From the NCBI GenBank assembly GCA_951406725.2, contig OX597831.1, positions 7,750,001 through 7,814,000 of the forward strand: a stretch of 64,000 nucleotides of DNA. The letters are read 5' to 3'. Positions 27,045 to 38,454 of this stretch are shown here, in pieces. The notes under the pieces are model-generated. The model was not told the DNA's origin, made no database searches, and saw only the letters and a list, made by a program, of their open reading frames with translations. Source of the stretch: Octopus vulgaris. Lineage: Eukaryota. The translations under genes and the position numbers were made by a program. How positions within the stretch are numbered: position 1 is the stretch's first letter; every line of letters begins with the position of its first letter.

Positions 27045-27362
27045 TGAACGAACTATTGAGTTTAGTTTAATGGCCTACCAATGTATACTGAGTTTCTTTG
27101 CCCTAGGAGCCGGGAAGACACTCAGCAAGAAATGGAAGCAAATTTGAAAGAAGAAGAAAAAAAAAAAATAATAATTCTACATAGTTTTAACACAAAGCCT
27201 GCAATTTTGGAGGAGGGTTAAATCAATTACATTGACCCCAGTGCTCAACTGCTAATTATTTTATTGACCCCAAAAAGATGGAAGGCAAAATTAACCTTGG
27301 TGCAATTTGAACTCAGAACATAAAGAATTGGCTCAGATATTATAAAATATTACCATCTTTTC

Positions 27363-27700
27363 TGTGAATGCAGTAAGCTAGCACAAAAGGAGTATAAGCT
27401 CAGATATGATAACATAGGTAAAAAAGTGTATTGGGATGTTAACCAAATGTGTGGCTTCAAACTAAAAGAAAAGTGGTATGAACATGAACCAGAGGCTGTG
27501 ATAGACAATAAGAATTACAGGATTTGATTAGACTTCTTCATAAAGACTGACCATACTATGGAAGCAAGAAGACCAGACATGATTATAGTGGGCAAAAGAC
27601 AAGGCTTTGCAATGCCATATAATAAAAGAGTGGTTACCAAAAAAAATGAAAAAAAGAATGAGAAATATCAGGCTCTGGCCAGAGACTAAAGAGTGGAAGA
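27363..27700 (+). mobile_element. R4/Dong-type non-LTR retrotransposon fragment (restriction-like endonuclease region)
   Basis: CSKLAQKEYKLRYDNIGKKVYW...KWYEHEPE...TDHTMEARRPDMII gives RHD-like and PD motifs; the frame is disrupted. Confidence 0.75.
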
Positions 27701-27739
27701 TTAACAGCAACAATTATTTCTGTGAAGATTCTTGAGGTT

Positions 27740-28791
27740 TGAGGGGACTTGTCACCAAATCTCAAGATAATATGTCTGCTGTTCTTGTTAATGATCTGAA
27801 TCTAGTGAAGGCTGCAAATACTAGGGCAGTTTGGCTACTTAGATATTCATCAACTTTTGTAGATGGGACAAAATCTGAATTGGCAAATCTAGACAGAAAA
27901 ACTAAGAAGCAATTCACTATGCATGAAGCAGGAGAAGCAGGGTTATATTTACCTAGAAAGGAAGGTGATGGAGGTTCAATATCAGTAGAAGACTGAGGAA
28001 TTAGCTAGAATAGGTATGGCCTCCTATGTAGATAATAGTGAGAAATGTTTTTAAAAGCAGAAAACAATAATAATGGGACATGGCTATGGTTGCAGAAAGG
28101 ACAGCTGGAATGGGAAACAAAGTTTGCTAGTAGCAGCACAGGATTAAGCATTAAGGATTAATTGGATAAAAGCCAAGACAGACACAAACCAAGTAGGTTA
28201 TGTAAATCAAAGCATTACTCATATAGTAAGAGGATGTAGTGTGCTTGTACAGAAAGACTACAAGAAAAGACATGATAACCTGGGAGTTATGTAGAAAGCT
28301 AGGATTTGATCATACTGATAAATGGTATGAAGATGAACCTAGTAAAGTATTAGAAAGTAAGAAATATGAGATGTTGTGGGACTTCAACATTCAGATGGAC
28401 AGAATAGTGGGAGTTAAAAGGCCTGATTTAGTAGGAGTAGATTAAGAGGATAGAAAGTGCCAGATAATTGACCTCACAGTCGCAAATGATGAGAAAGTCA
28501 ATATGTGAGGTATAGAGGAAATAATAAAGTTGTAGGATCCAGCCATTGAGTTACAGAAAATGCAGGTAAAATATAATCCTGTAGTTACAGGTGCATTAGT
28601 AACTATTCTTAAATATTTGAAAAAATGGATAGAGGAAATAGGCGTAAAACCCAGTTTAGTGCAGCTCCAGAAAATAGTGTTATTAGGGACAGCTAGGATG
28701 CTTAGGAGGGTTCTTGGCATCTAAAGTTACTTGTTGTAGCCTGATGTTAGGATCCTTTTCTTTTCCAACAGTTTAATCTGTTGAGTGTATA

Positions 28792-28795
<4 letters not shown>
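27740..28795 (+). mobile_element. R4/Dong-type LINE 3' fragment ending in a (TAA)n tract
   Basis: Remnants LDRKTKKQFTM..LYLPRKEGDGG, KWYEDEPSKVLE..MLWDFNIQMDR..KRPDLV and LQKIVLLGTARMLRRVLGI*, then a short UTR and (TAA)n. Confidence 0.8.
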
Positions 28796-28823
<28 letters not shown>

Positions 28824-28825
<2 letters not shown>

Positions 28826-29290
28826 ATTGTTTTGTCTTGGTATAAAAGATGGGCTACAGCAAATATTCTGCTCAATACCACAGATTTGCTTGTCAGTTGA
28901 GCATGTCCCTTAGTGGCTGATGATACATGCATCTCTGATCACGAGCAGAAGTAGTGGGGGAGCATCATAGCGATGTGTTGAGAGGGATTCTTTGGGGTTT
29001 GAATAATTCACCTTTGGAAACATGGGTGGTTCTTTCAACATCCTTAAACAACCCTTATTCAGGGACCTTTTAAGCGGGATGGGCTACTCAACCTGAAGAA
29101 AATTCTAACTGGGACACACCTGCAAGGTCATGTGCTGTTTATCTTGATATGAGATCACCATGTCGCGCACATATGGTTGTGATGCATGTGCCTGGTGTAC
29201 CCTTATCAGACGGGTAGTCATGATGGGTATATTGGGCTTCGTATATTTTACCCCAGTGTCACTTTGATGGCATGAACTGCTCTCTCACTC
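28824..29290. mobile_element. Non-coding element of about 470 bp bounded by (TAA)n on both sides, probably a TAA-targeted retroelement UTR or non-autonomous copy
   Basis: GC-richer unique block with sharp (TAA)n borders, inside the R4-like cluster. Confidence 0.45.
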
Positions 29291-29556
29291 AATAATAATA
29301 ATAATAATAATAAAGGTGATAGTAATAGTTATAATTGACAAGTACTGCTCACATCTTTAGAAAAACCTTATCAATTTAAATGTTTGTACTGTATTATATG
29401 AATGTGTTCCTGTACTTCTCTCTCCATTTCCCATCCCCAAGCTTTCAGTTATATTTCAACATCTCTTAACCTTCACTTGCCTTAGGGCACTGGATGTGTC
29501 CTGGCAAGTAATTACATCAAACATGCAGGTTAAAATATTAATAACAACAGCAACAA

Positions 29557-29962
29557 CAGACATAGTGTTACTTGAGAAAGAAAACAAGCTATATTGGATC
29601 ATAGATATAGCATGCCCAGCTGACAACAAGGTATGTGATAAGGAAGAAAGAAAAGTCGATAGATATGACAGGCTAGCTTGGGAGGTTAAGCAGTTGCGGT
29701 CAATGTAAAAGGTGGCAGTAGTACCAATAATTGTCGGAGCCCTGGGATCAATGAGTAAAAATCTCGAGAAGTATCTGGAACAAATAGGGGCTGCAATAAG
29801 GGTGGAGCACTTACAGAAAACAGCACTGCTTGAAACCACTCGAATACTCTGGATGGTGCTCAAAAAATAAGGGGTGTCATCTTAGTTCAGTGGTAGTGAA
29901 CAGCTGACACCGTAGTACATCTCCAGCATTAGAAGCTGTGCAAAGACAATAAAATAATAATA
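29557..29962 (+). mobile_element. R4/Dong-type LINE 3' fragment
   Basis: DIVLLEKENKLYWIIDIACP..KEERKVDRYDRLAWEVKQL..VVPIIVGALG..LQKTALLETTRIL, then a UTR and an AAT-rich tail. Confidence 0.8.
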
Positions 29963-30302
29963 TTAAAGAATATTAAAGAAAAGAAAGAAGATACAAATAC
30001 CAAATTTTTTAGGTGGTGTCTAAGATTACAGGTAGTATTCCACTGTCTCCATAATCTCTACCAGGAGTAAGACCAAACCTCGGACAAACCAAAATAATAA
30101 TAATAATAATAATAATTCTGAAATTTGTGGAGAAGGGGGTTAGTCAATTACATTGACCTCAGTACACAACTGGTACTTATCAACCCCAAAAGGATGAAAG
30201 GCAAAGTTTACCTTGGTTGAATTTGAACTTGGAATGTAAAGCTAAATGAAATGCTACGAAGCATTTCATATATTGTGCCAACAGTTCTACTAGTTTGCCA
30301 CC

Positions 30303-30308
30303 TTATTA

Positions 30309-30375
<67 letters not shown>

Positions 30376-30377
30376 CA

Positions 30378-30412
<35 letters not shown>

Positions 30413-30594
30413 CATTATTATTATTATTATTAACAACAGAATGGTCTTAAAGTAAAAGATTTGAATTAATCAAAAGAGAGAAAGAGAGAGGAGAGAGAGA
30501 TAAATAATAAATGTATAGAAAAGCTGTCCATTGGTAATTTGTATACTGTTGTCATATGTCATATATTATTTACATTAGTATCATATACAGTGTA

Positions 30595-30626
<32 letters not shown>

Positions 30627-30678
30627 ATATCTACTATTATATATAGATATATACATATATATAGTTATATATATACAT

Positions 30679-30761
<83 letters not shown>

Positions 30762-30800
30762 CATACAAATATATATATACATACGTGTGTGTGCGTGTAT
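30303..30800. repeat. (ATT)n and (AT)n microsatellites
   Basis: Seen directly. Confidence 0.9.
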
Positions 30801-30979
30801 CATATATTCTTTTAGTTCTGCTGACGATGTAATAATCAGCCAGAACATTTGTCTAACTGCAATAAGCTGCTCCATTCTTGTCACATCATTAAATAACTCT
30901 TATAATAGTCACAGACTCAATGACATGAATGATTTTTCTAATACTCACCCCTCGCCCCGTCCCCAATTCTTTTCTGAAG

Positions 30980-31168
30980 CTTGCATACCGAGATAAAGTG
31001 CTTGTAAACAGAATCTTGAGGCAGTCACAGCAAGAAAAGAAGATTGTTGTGCAGCTTCTCCAAACACGTCAACAAAAGAACATTATTATGAAAAATCGAA
31101 TGTTTCAAGAGAGACAATATCAAGACCGTCGGGAGAAAGATTTCCTTGATGCTTTGAACAAAGAAGCT
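30980..31168 (+). CDS. SPEF2: SPEF2-like exon ([63 protein letters not shown]), phase 0 to 0
   Basis: tttctgaag acceptor, GTAAGT donor, 189 nt open. Strong similarity to SPEF2 'AYREEQLINRLMRQSQQERRIAVQL...DFQDALDREA'. Confidence 0.93.
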
Positions 31169-32045
31169 GTAAGTACATGTGGCATATTCTCTCAAGAAAT
31201 AAGAATAATTATTAAGTTATAATTTCTAAGTTGTTTTGTGCTTCTGGCCTATGCAAGTTTACACTTTTCTTTCTTTCTGTCCATTTTTGCTGCCTGCAAG
31301 GATTGTTGAGGTAGAGTCCTTGGTCACCTCCTTCATGGGGTCACATCAAAAACAATTGTCATTGAAGATTCTGGCTGGATTCCCAAGTGTGACTGGCTGA
31401 GATCACGGATATTATCCCACCATCTCATTCTTGTGATCTAACCGTAGGTCTCCTGCCAGTTGGATTGGCTTCAAGAATCTGTCATGCGATTCTTTCCTGC
31501 GGCATTCTAACCAGATGTCTGTAGTACTGGAACTGAATGCAGAGAAGTAGGAGCTTGACCTGGAGAGACTCCTTGATCCCTGAGCTACTTTCCCTGTGAA
31601 GTAATGTCTCTCCAGAGATTCTTTGGAGGAACCGTATTTCGGCCACTTGTCTTCATGATTGTACTTTTTCAGCTATTACTCAACATTCTTAACAAAAGGT
31701 GAGAATTGTCCATAAAAACAACGATGATGAAATCTCTGAATCCATCATCTTACACCAATATGTATGAATAGATATTTATTTAGTAAATGTTCGTTATTTA
31801 TGCATCAAAAGTAATGTTAATTCTAACGCAGTACCTTTTGATTGCTTAATTATTTTCCTTATGATTGTGATGTGGTTTAAACTGCTCAGCAATGAGAAAT
31901 CTTTCTATTCATAATCTGATTTTTGATTGCAAAGGTTTTATTTGATGTGATCAAAGGATTTTGATGCTGGTGTGAACACCACAACTTGCCAGATTACAAA
32001 ATGAATCTCTTTTTGCATTAAAGATATCTTTTATTACCATATTTG

Positions 32046-32780
32046 ATGGAGATAGATGAGTGGTTTCTGAGAACTGTACAAGCCATGTACAAGGATGCTG
32101 TCAGCAATGAGTATAGCAACAAATTTAGTGTACAAGTAGGGGGTCACCAAGGATCAGTTCTCATTCCCCTCTTGTTTATCATAGTCCTCCAGGTCATGAC
32201 AGAGGGATTTCAGACTGGTTACCCTTGGGAGCTCCTCTATGACCTTGTTCTTATAGCTAAATCTCTGCGAGAATTAGAGAAGAAATTTCATAGTCCCTTA
32301 CCAGCCATTCCAATTTTTCTCACCATCACTTGTTACAGTCACCTCTTCCCTCATCTCCCTTCAAACTCTTATGGAACATCCTCCCTCTGTCCCCTCTGTA
32401 CCACTTAACCCCCCTCCCCACTGTTATCTGTGGCTAGGTCCTGGTGACTCTCCAACACTATCTATTTTTTTCTCTATCTCCATCTCTCCTTTCTCTCCTC
32501 TTTTCTTTTCCTCTACAATAAGCTCTGTCCCTCGGTTACACTTCGAGCTCTCACCTGGCACAAGGCCGTCTCCCTTGGTTCCACTCATTCTCCTAGCTCA
32601 GAAGTGTTACTTGGTGACCTTGCTGTTGTAGGGGGCCACATAAAAAGCACCCAGTAACATTTTGTACAGTGGTTGGCATTAGGGAGGGCATCAGGCTGTA
32701 GAAATCATGCCAAAGCAGACAACGAGGCCTGGTCCAACTCATGCCAGCATGGCAAATGGATGTTAAATGATGATGATGAT
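32046..32780 (+). mobile_element. RTE-type LINE remnant: RT fragment, 3' UTR and (GAT)n tail
   Basis: VQAMY...VGGHQGSVLIPLLFIIVL..PWELLY(.)DLVLIA are RT motifs, followed by the GTGGTTGGCATTAGG..GGCATC tail module. Confidence 0.8.
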
Positions 32781-33044
32781 GGTGTTGGTGGTGGTGAAGC
32801 TTCTATGTAGTGGCTTTGGTCTGCTGTAAGTAGAAGCTAAACCTCACTAAGGTCACACTCCACCATCTTAAAAAGTAAAGGAAAGAAACATTAGATAATG
32901 TAGTCCTAGATACACAATGTCAGTAAGTGTAACAGTTGTAGGTTGAATGCCTTTGATTATTGCTCTGTCTTGATTGAGGCTGGCTTGAAACCAAAGCCAT
33001 GACCACCACCACCACCACCACAACAACAACAACAATAGCTGCTG

Positions 33045-33386
33045 TTGCTGTTGAGCGAAGCGGTCTTCGTCCTAGAAGTCCGAAACGTGGTCCTTTGCTA
33101 TTCGTAAGACCCGCAGAAGAGAAAGCAGGTCAACCCCCGACACCGAGATCAACGGATGGATGAATGCGCATCCAGTCTCAGCGGTTGCGTAGGAAGTCGG
33201 GAACAAGAAGCAGGAAGAACGAGTGTGAGAAAGTTGGGGCGAAAGAGTACAACAGGGCCCCCCCCCTGCCGGAGACTTGTAGAGCTTTAGGTGTTTTCGC
33301 TCAATAAACACACACACACACAACGCCTGGTCTGGGAATCGAAACCACGATCCCCCGACCTAACCATTGGGCCATTGCGCCTCCAC
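33045..33386 (-). mobile_element. SINE family C, tail type 2
   Basis: Same head as 36059-36447 (with a small deletion) but a different 3' half ending in (CAA/CAG)n; flanked by tagctgctg. Confidence 0.8.
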
Positions 33387-33473
33387 TAGCTGCTGCTGTT
33401 GCTGAAAAGATGGAAAACCTTTTCCCTTTTTTTCTTTTTCAACTTAAACAATTTCATTTGCTGCTCTTTCTAG

Positions 33474-33661
33474 GAACTCCTGCGTCTTGCTAAAGAAGAA
33501 TATGCTGATCAAGTTCTGAAAGATATTCGCTTCCACGAGAAAGTTAAAGCCGAATACAAAGCAGAAAAATATCGAATTCATTATGAAATCTGTTTTGAAA
33601 TTTTATTGCAAATTCTTGATATTGTCTGCAAAATTTGTGATTACAGAGCAATATCGAGCAG
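33474..33661 (+). CDS. SPEF2: SPEF2-like exon (ELLRLAKEEYADQVLKDIRFHEKVKAEYKAEKYRIHYEICFEILLQILDIVCKICDYRAISS), phase 0 to 2
   Basis: ctctttctag acceptor and AG|GTAGGA donor; resembles SPEF2 'RYEKHYSVCAEILDQIVDLSTKVADYR'. Confidence 0.92.
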
Positions 33662-34029
33662 GTAGGAATATATTAGCTTATTTATTATTTATTATAGGTT
33701 TTATATTTTAAAATCTGTTGGCCGTATTCATGATATTTAATAAGTCATGCTGCTGCTACTGCTGCTACTGTTGCTGTTTGCCCTCAGGTCAGCTCCAGAT
33801 AAGCAAACCTCTGTCCAAATGAATATCAGTTGTGTCTCTCCTATCAATTTTGTATATAGGACCATATCATTCGATATTTTCCTCAGATATAGTGTATCTA
33901 AGACTACACTATCCAATGCATACTTCCTTTTTAAGATGGGGTGGGTGGGTGATTGGGGGTGGGGGTGGGGTGGTTTACTGGTTATATTAAGGCTGCTCCC
34001 TTGTTCATTTCAATGAATAAATTTTGACT

Positions 34030-34615
34030 CAATAGGCTGCTACAATGAACCCCAATGTTCCTATATGCCAATAGGCTGCTACAATGGGCACCAATGCTCC
34101 TTTATGCCAATAGGCTGCTACAATGAACCCCAATGCTCCTATATGCCAATAGGCTGCTACAATGGGCACCAATGCTCCTATATTCCAATAGGCTGCTACA
34201 ATGGGCACCAATGCTCCTATATGCCAATAGGCTGCTACAATGGACACCAATGCTCCTATATTCCAATAGGCTGCTACAATGGGTACCAATACTCCTATAT
34301 GCCAATAGGCTGCTACAATGGACACCAATGCTCCTATATTCCAATAGGCTGCTACAATGGGTACCAATGCTCCTATATGCCAATAGGCTGCTACAATGAA
34401 CCCCAATGCTCCTATATGCCAATAGGCTGCTACAATGAACCCCAATGCTCCTATATTCCAATAGGCTGCTACAATGGACACCAATGCTCCTATATGCCAA
34501 TAGGCTGCTACAATGAACCCAATGCTCCTATATTCCTATAGGCTGCTACAGGGGCACCAATGCTCCTATATTCCAATAGGCTGCTACAATGGGTACCAAT
34601 GCTCCTATATGCCAA
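34030..34615. repeat. 39-bp minisatellite, about 15 units
   Basis: Unit caataggctgctacaatg(aacc/ggca/gaca/ggta)ccaatgctcctatat(g/t)c. Confidence 0.95.
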
Positions 34616-35451
34616 AATATGTGATACAAGCATCTTTCCTGTTGGGGGAAATGTCATAGAAACATTTAATATAATAAAAGAGTGAGTTTCTACATGACTG
34701 CTAGAAACAGTAATCAAATGTCCCTCAAGTCACACTCTGCTCTCTTGCGTAAAGAAGGACACCTAAAAATGACTGGAATGCTTTTGATCATAGGTTTACT
34801 CAATCAGGTTGACCAAGGCTTCAATAATAGCCAGGGTGAGTTTTAGTACATTGTTGCACCTCAGGAGTAGTCACTTGACAAGCTAAAAATAGCAGTCAAA
34901 TATCCCTCAATTTACATCTTGATGTCTTAAAAATGGTAAGACATATTGGATAATAATGTAGTCCTGACTATACAAAAAGATGGGATGGTCACACCTGGAA
35001 AGCCTGTGATCAGCCGTCTGCTTGGTCAATGCTGACAAGCTGCTTAGCCACAACAATTGTAATAACTAAGATTTGGTTAATTAAATTATTTTCAGTTAAA
35101 ATCTTTTCTTAAATATTAAAAAGAAATTCACTTTTCAGACAATAACAATTTATTATTGCTAATTGTAATTTCTTTGTAATTGATTGCTGAGGTTAATTTT
35201 TAATTTTGCTGACAAGAAAAAAATATTTATAAGGGCAAAATACCCAGTCTTTCTGCTGTTTCCATGGCTGTGTTTAAAATATTACCGTCTTGTCTGTAAA
35301 ATATGAAACATTTGACACTTCCAAAGTTTGTTTACAAAATGTTATTATTAATTTTAAGTTTTAATTTTATTTTTATAAGTAAAGAACAATAATTTTTAGA
35401 TTTAATGAATTTGCTTTTAATAATTGTTTGTCTGTCTTGATACTTTTGCAG

Positions 35452-35620
35452 TCTGTTGCCCCAGAAACTAATGAGAGAATGGAGGGCACTATTTATTAAA
35501 GGGAAACCGTTGTATGCAAAATCTGAAATCAAAGATGTTACAGAGTCACAAGAAGAAAATCTAAGAATAGAGGAGGCTAAACAAGTCTTGTTGGACGAAG
35601 AGGATTTCAAGGATTATAAG
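35452..35620 (+). CDS. SPEF2: SPEF2-like exon (LLPQKLMREWRALFIKGKPLYAKSEIKDVTESQEENLRIEEAKQVLLDEEDFKDYK), phase 2 to 0
   Basis: cttttgcag acceptor and AAG|GTTTGC donor; resembles SPEF2 'LIPYKLMHDWKELFFNAKPIY...LLDTNDYEEYK'. Confidence 0.92.
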
Positions 35621-35756
35621 GTTTGCCTTTTGATAAATACTTTGTTGAAAAGGGGTCAGTTAATAGGTTGAATTATGAGCAAGAGGAAAAATAGGTTCCC
35701 TGTGTTTTATTGCTAATACTAAACATCTTTTTAATCTGTGCCATACACAGTTGTTA

Positions 35757-36043
35757 CATGGGAATCCGCTGCTGCCGACAGAAGCGCCTGGCGACACAGT
35801 GTCATGCACGTTGCCATGAGAGCAGCGACCCTGAGGACCACCACTGCCAAACTAAAGAGAACCAGGCGAAAGGAGCAGCAGCAGCAGCAACCACAGCTCG
35901 TCCTCTTTCACTTGCACCAGATGTGGTAGGGACTGCCGCTTGATGATTGGTCAGCACAGTCACACCAGGAAGGGCAGATAAACCCACCACCTTTTCCGAG
36001 CTATACCATCGTCTCTCGAGACGGACGGATGCTGAGATGAGAT
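35757..36043 (+). mobile_element. 5'-truncated RTE-type LINE 3' end
   Basis: WESAAADRSAWRHSV and a C-terminal CTRCGRDC zinc-finger remnant; TSD acagttgtta at 35747-35756 and 36044-36053. Confidence 0.8.
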
Positions 36044-36058
36044 ACAGTTGTTAGAAAT

Positions 36059-36447
36059 TTGGATGGATGGAAGCACTCCGTCGGTTACGACGACGAGGGT
36101 TCCGGTTGATCTGATCAACGGAACAGCCTGCTCGTGAAATTAACGTGTAAGTGGCTGAGCACTCCACAGACACGTGCACCCTTAACGTAGTTCTCAGGGA
36201 TATTCAGCGTGACACAGAGAGTGACAAGGCCGGCCACTTGAAATACAGGTACAACAGAAACAGGAAGAAAGAGTGAGAGAAAGTTGTGGTGAGAGAGTAC
36301 AGCAGGGATCAACACCCCCTGCCGGAGCCTCGTGGAGCTTTTAGGTGTTTTCGCTCAATAAACACTCACAACGCCCGGTCTGGGAATCGAAACCGCGATC
36401 CTACGACCGCGAGTCCGCTGCCCTAACCACTGGGCCATTGCGCCTCC
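36059..36447 (-). mobile_element. tRNA-derived SINE family C, tail type 1, young copy
   Basis: Head ggaggcgcaatggcccagtggttagggcagcggac..ggtttcgattcccag, (ATCC)n tail, TSD tgttagaaat at 36049-36058 and 36448-36457. CpGs are retained. Confidence 0.85.
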
Positions 36448-38043
36448 TGTTAGAAATGTATGTTATGCAAGAATCAAGAAATATACTGCAGTGAAATAAG
36501 AATTAGAAAGTTTCTTATATAATGAAGTTTATTATTTATGACAGGAATAAACTCCTAGTGAGAATGTTGAGGGATGAAAAACTATATTATGAAGCTTCAG
36601 ACTGGAATGGAAGGTAGCCTGCAGCTGCCATAAGAAATTTACTTCTGCAGAGACTTGAATCTCAGGGCGTTTATAAGACTTTCCAAGAAAATTCTAGACT
36701 GTTCAGAAGCAACTTAAAGAATGACAATCAAACTTTTCTTTTAGACTAGTGTGTCCACCATAAACTGAATCCCAGAGTTGTTTGGCAGGACATTACTATA
36801 TATGGTCTTATCACCAACAGCAGCAACTACCTTCAGTCAACATGACCAAATATAGTAATGTTGTTCACTAATTGTACAACCTAAATATTCAGGGTTCAAA
36901 TCTCAAGGAAGGTTATCTGCTACAATATGTTAATGAAGTTAGTGTGTAACTCACTAATTAAATAGTTGTGGCAAAAATATTTTAAAACTTGAATTAAAAT
37001 TAAGCTATTTTCACCCAATTATTTTTGAATGGGTTTTGAATGCATTTATAAGTTAGTAAAAGTATTTTGTGCAAATTCACACATTTTGAAGACTATTTCA
37101 AACTGAGTACTTACTCTTGTGTGAGACACCATGGTTGTTAGGTTAGTGTTAGACTTCTGAGTGTATGGCCATAAGTTGAAATGTAACTATTTCTAACCAT
37201 TTCGTTACATCCCTGAGCAAGTGATTAATTCTGTTCCTTCCAGTTTGCCTCGATGGAAAAATAAATAAAATAAAATAAAATAAGACAAAAAAGGCTCCAC
37301 TTTTCTGTTAAGGTTGAGTGGTCAGCAGTAGAAATGGTGTTCAACAATTTCTACAATAAACGAGTTTTGCTCAAGAACAGAGAATTAGAATGAAACTGTA
37401 TTATTAGTGTATTTTTAGCTTAGGTTCCCACACATTGTCCAGCACACTGAGGTGGCGATTATGAGTGTATAATAAGCAACAAATGCTTTGAGACAGAAAT
37501 TAGATAAAAGACAATTTCAAATAAATTAAAAGTGGAAAATATGTTAACCTTGAAGCATGAGCTAACATAAGTGATACGACAGATTTTGGGGAAATTCATA
37601 CCTGATCATTTCTGCAATTATTATCATCATCATCATCATCATCGTTTAACATCTGCCTTCCATGCTAACATGGGTTGGACGGTTCAACTGGGGTCTGGGA
37701 AGCCAGGAGGCTGCACCAGGCCCAGTCTGATCTGGCAGTGTTTCTACAGCTGGATGCCCTTCCTAACACCAACCACTCCGTGAGTGTAGTGGGTGCTTTT
37801 ATGTGCCACTGGCACAGGTGCCAGGCAAGGCTGGCAATGGCCACGATCGGTTGGTGCTTTTTACGTGCCACCGGCATGGAGCCCAGTTGAGGCAGTGCTG
37901 GCAACGGCCACGTTCGGACGGTTCTTTTACGTGCCACCGGCACTGGTATCACAACTGCAATTTCCATTGATTTTTGATCGATTTTGATTTCACTTGCCTC
38001 AACAGGTCTTCGCCAAAATAAGTTCTAAAGAAACCATTTAGAT

Positions 38044-38251
38044 CAGTGGTTCTTAACTAGGGGCCATATGACCCTAGTGGGGTCTATATAAGATTTTATA
38101 TGAAATAAGTTGCTTATACTTTTATAATACACAAATTTTAACAGTTTTTTTTGTACAATTCCTAATAATAACATTGAATGGCTCTAGAGGCCTACTAGAT
38201 TGAAATAGGGATGAAAGGGGTCCATTGGTAAAAAATGGTGGAGAACCTCTG
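38044..38251. mobile_element. Short hAT-like MITE
   Basis: Termini CAGTGGTTCTTAAC and GTGGAGAACCTCTG with imperfect 8-bp flanks atttagat and gtttggat. Confidence 0.45.
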
Positions 38252-38346
38252 GTTTGGATTGTGAAATTTCTGTTTAAATGAAATGTAAAGAATTGTTGTG
38301 GTGTAATGATAAACAAATGAATTTTATCTTTTTATTGCATTCACAG

Positions 38347-38454
38347 AATACGGAACATGACTGGCTGCTAGAACCTGATAAACCGAAACCTCGGCACAAT
38401 CCGGTTGTGGGACACATTGTTAATCGTTTATTGACTTTGTTGTACCCACCTCCA
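38347..38454 (+). CDS. SPEF2: SPEF2-like exon (NTEHDWLLEPDKPKPRHNPVVGHIVNRLLTLLYPPP), phase 0 to 0
   Basis: ttcacag acceptor and GTAAGT donor; resembles SPEF2 'NMVGEW...NNCILGHILHRL...LPP'. Confidence 0.9.

Noticed and set aside
28910-28960. CTGATGA hammerhead core in the TAA-flanked element
   Set aside because: No stem II followed by GAAA could be assembled.
34030-34615. CRISPR-like regular array
   Set aside because: The units are contiguous 39-mers with no unique spacers, there are no cas genes, and the context is a eukaryotic intron.
36375-36447. tRNA gene
   Set aside because: A and B boxes are present, but the sequence continues into a SINE body with tail and TSD, so it is a SINE head. 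The same applies to the other tRNA-like heads.
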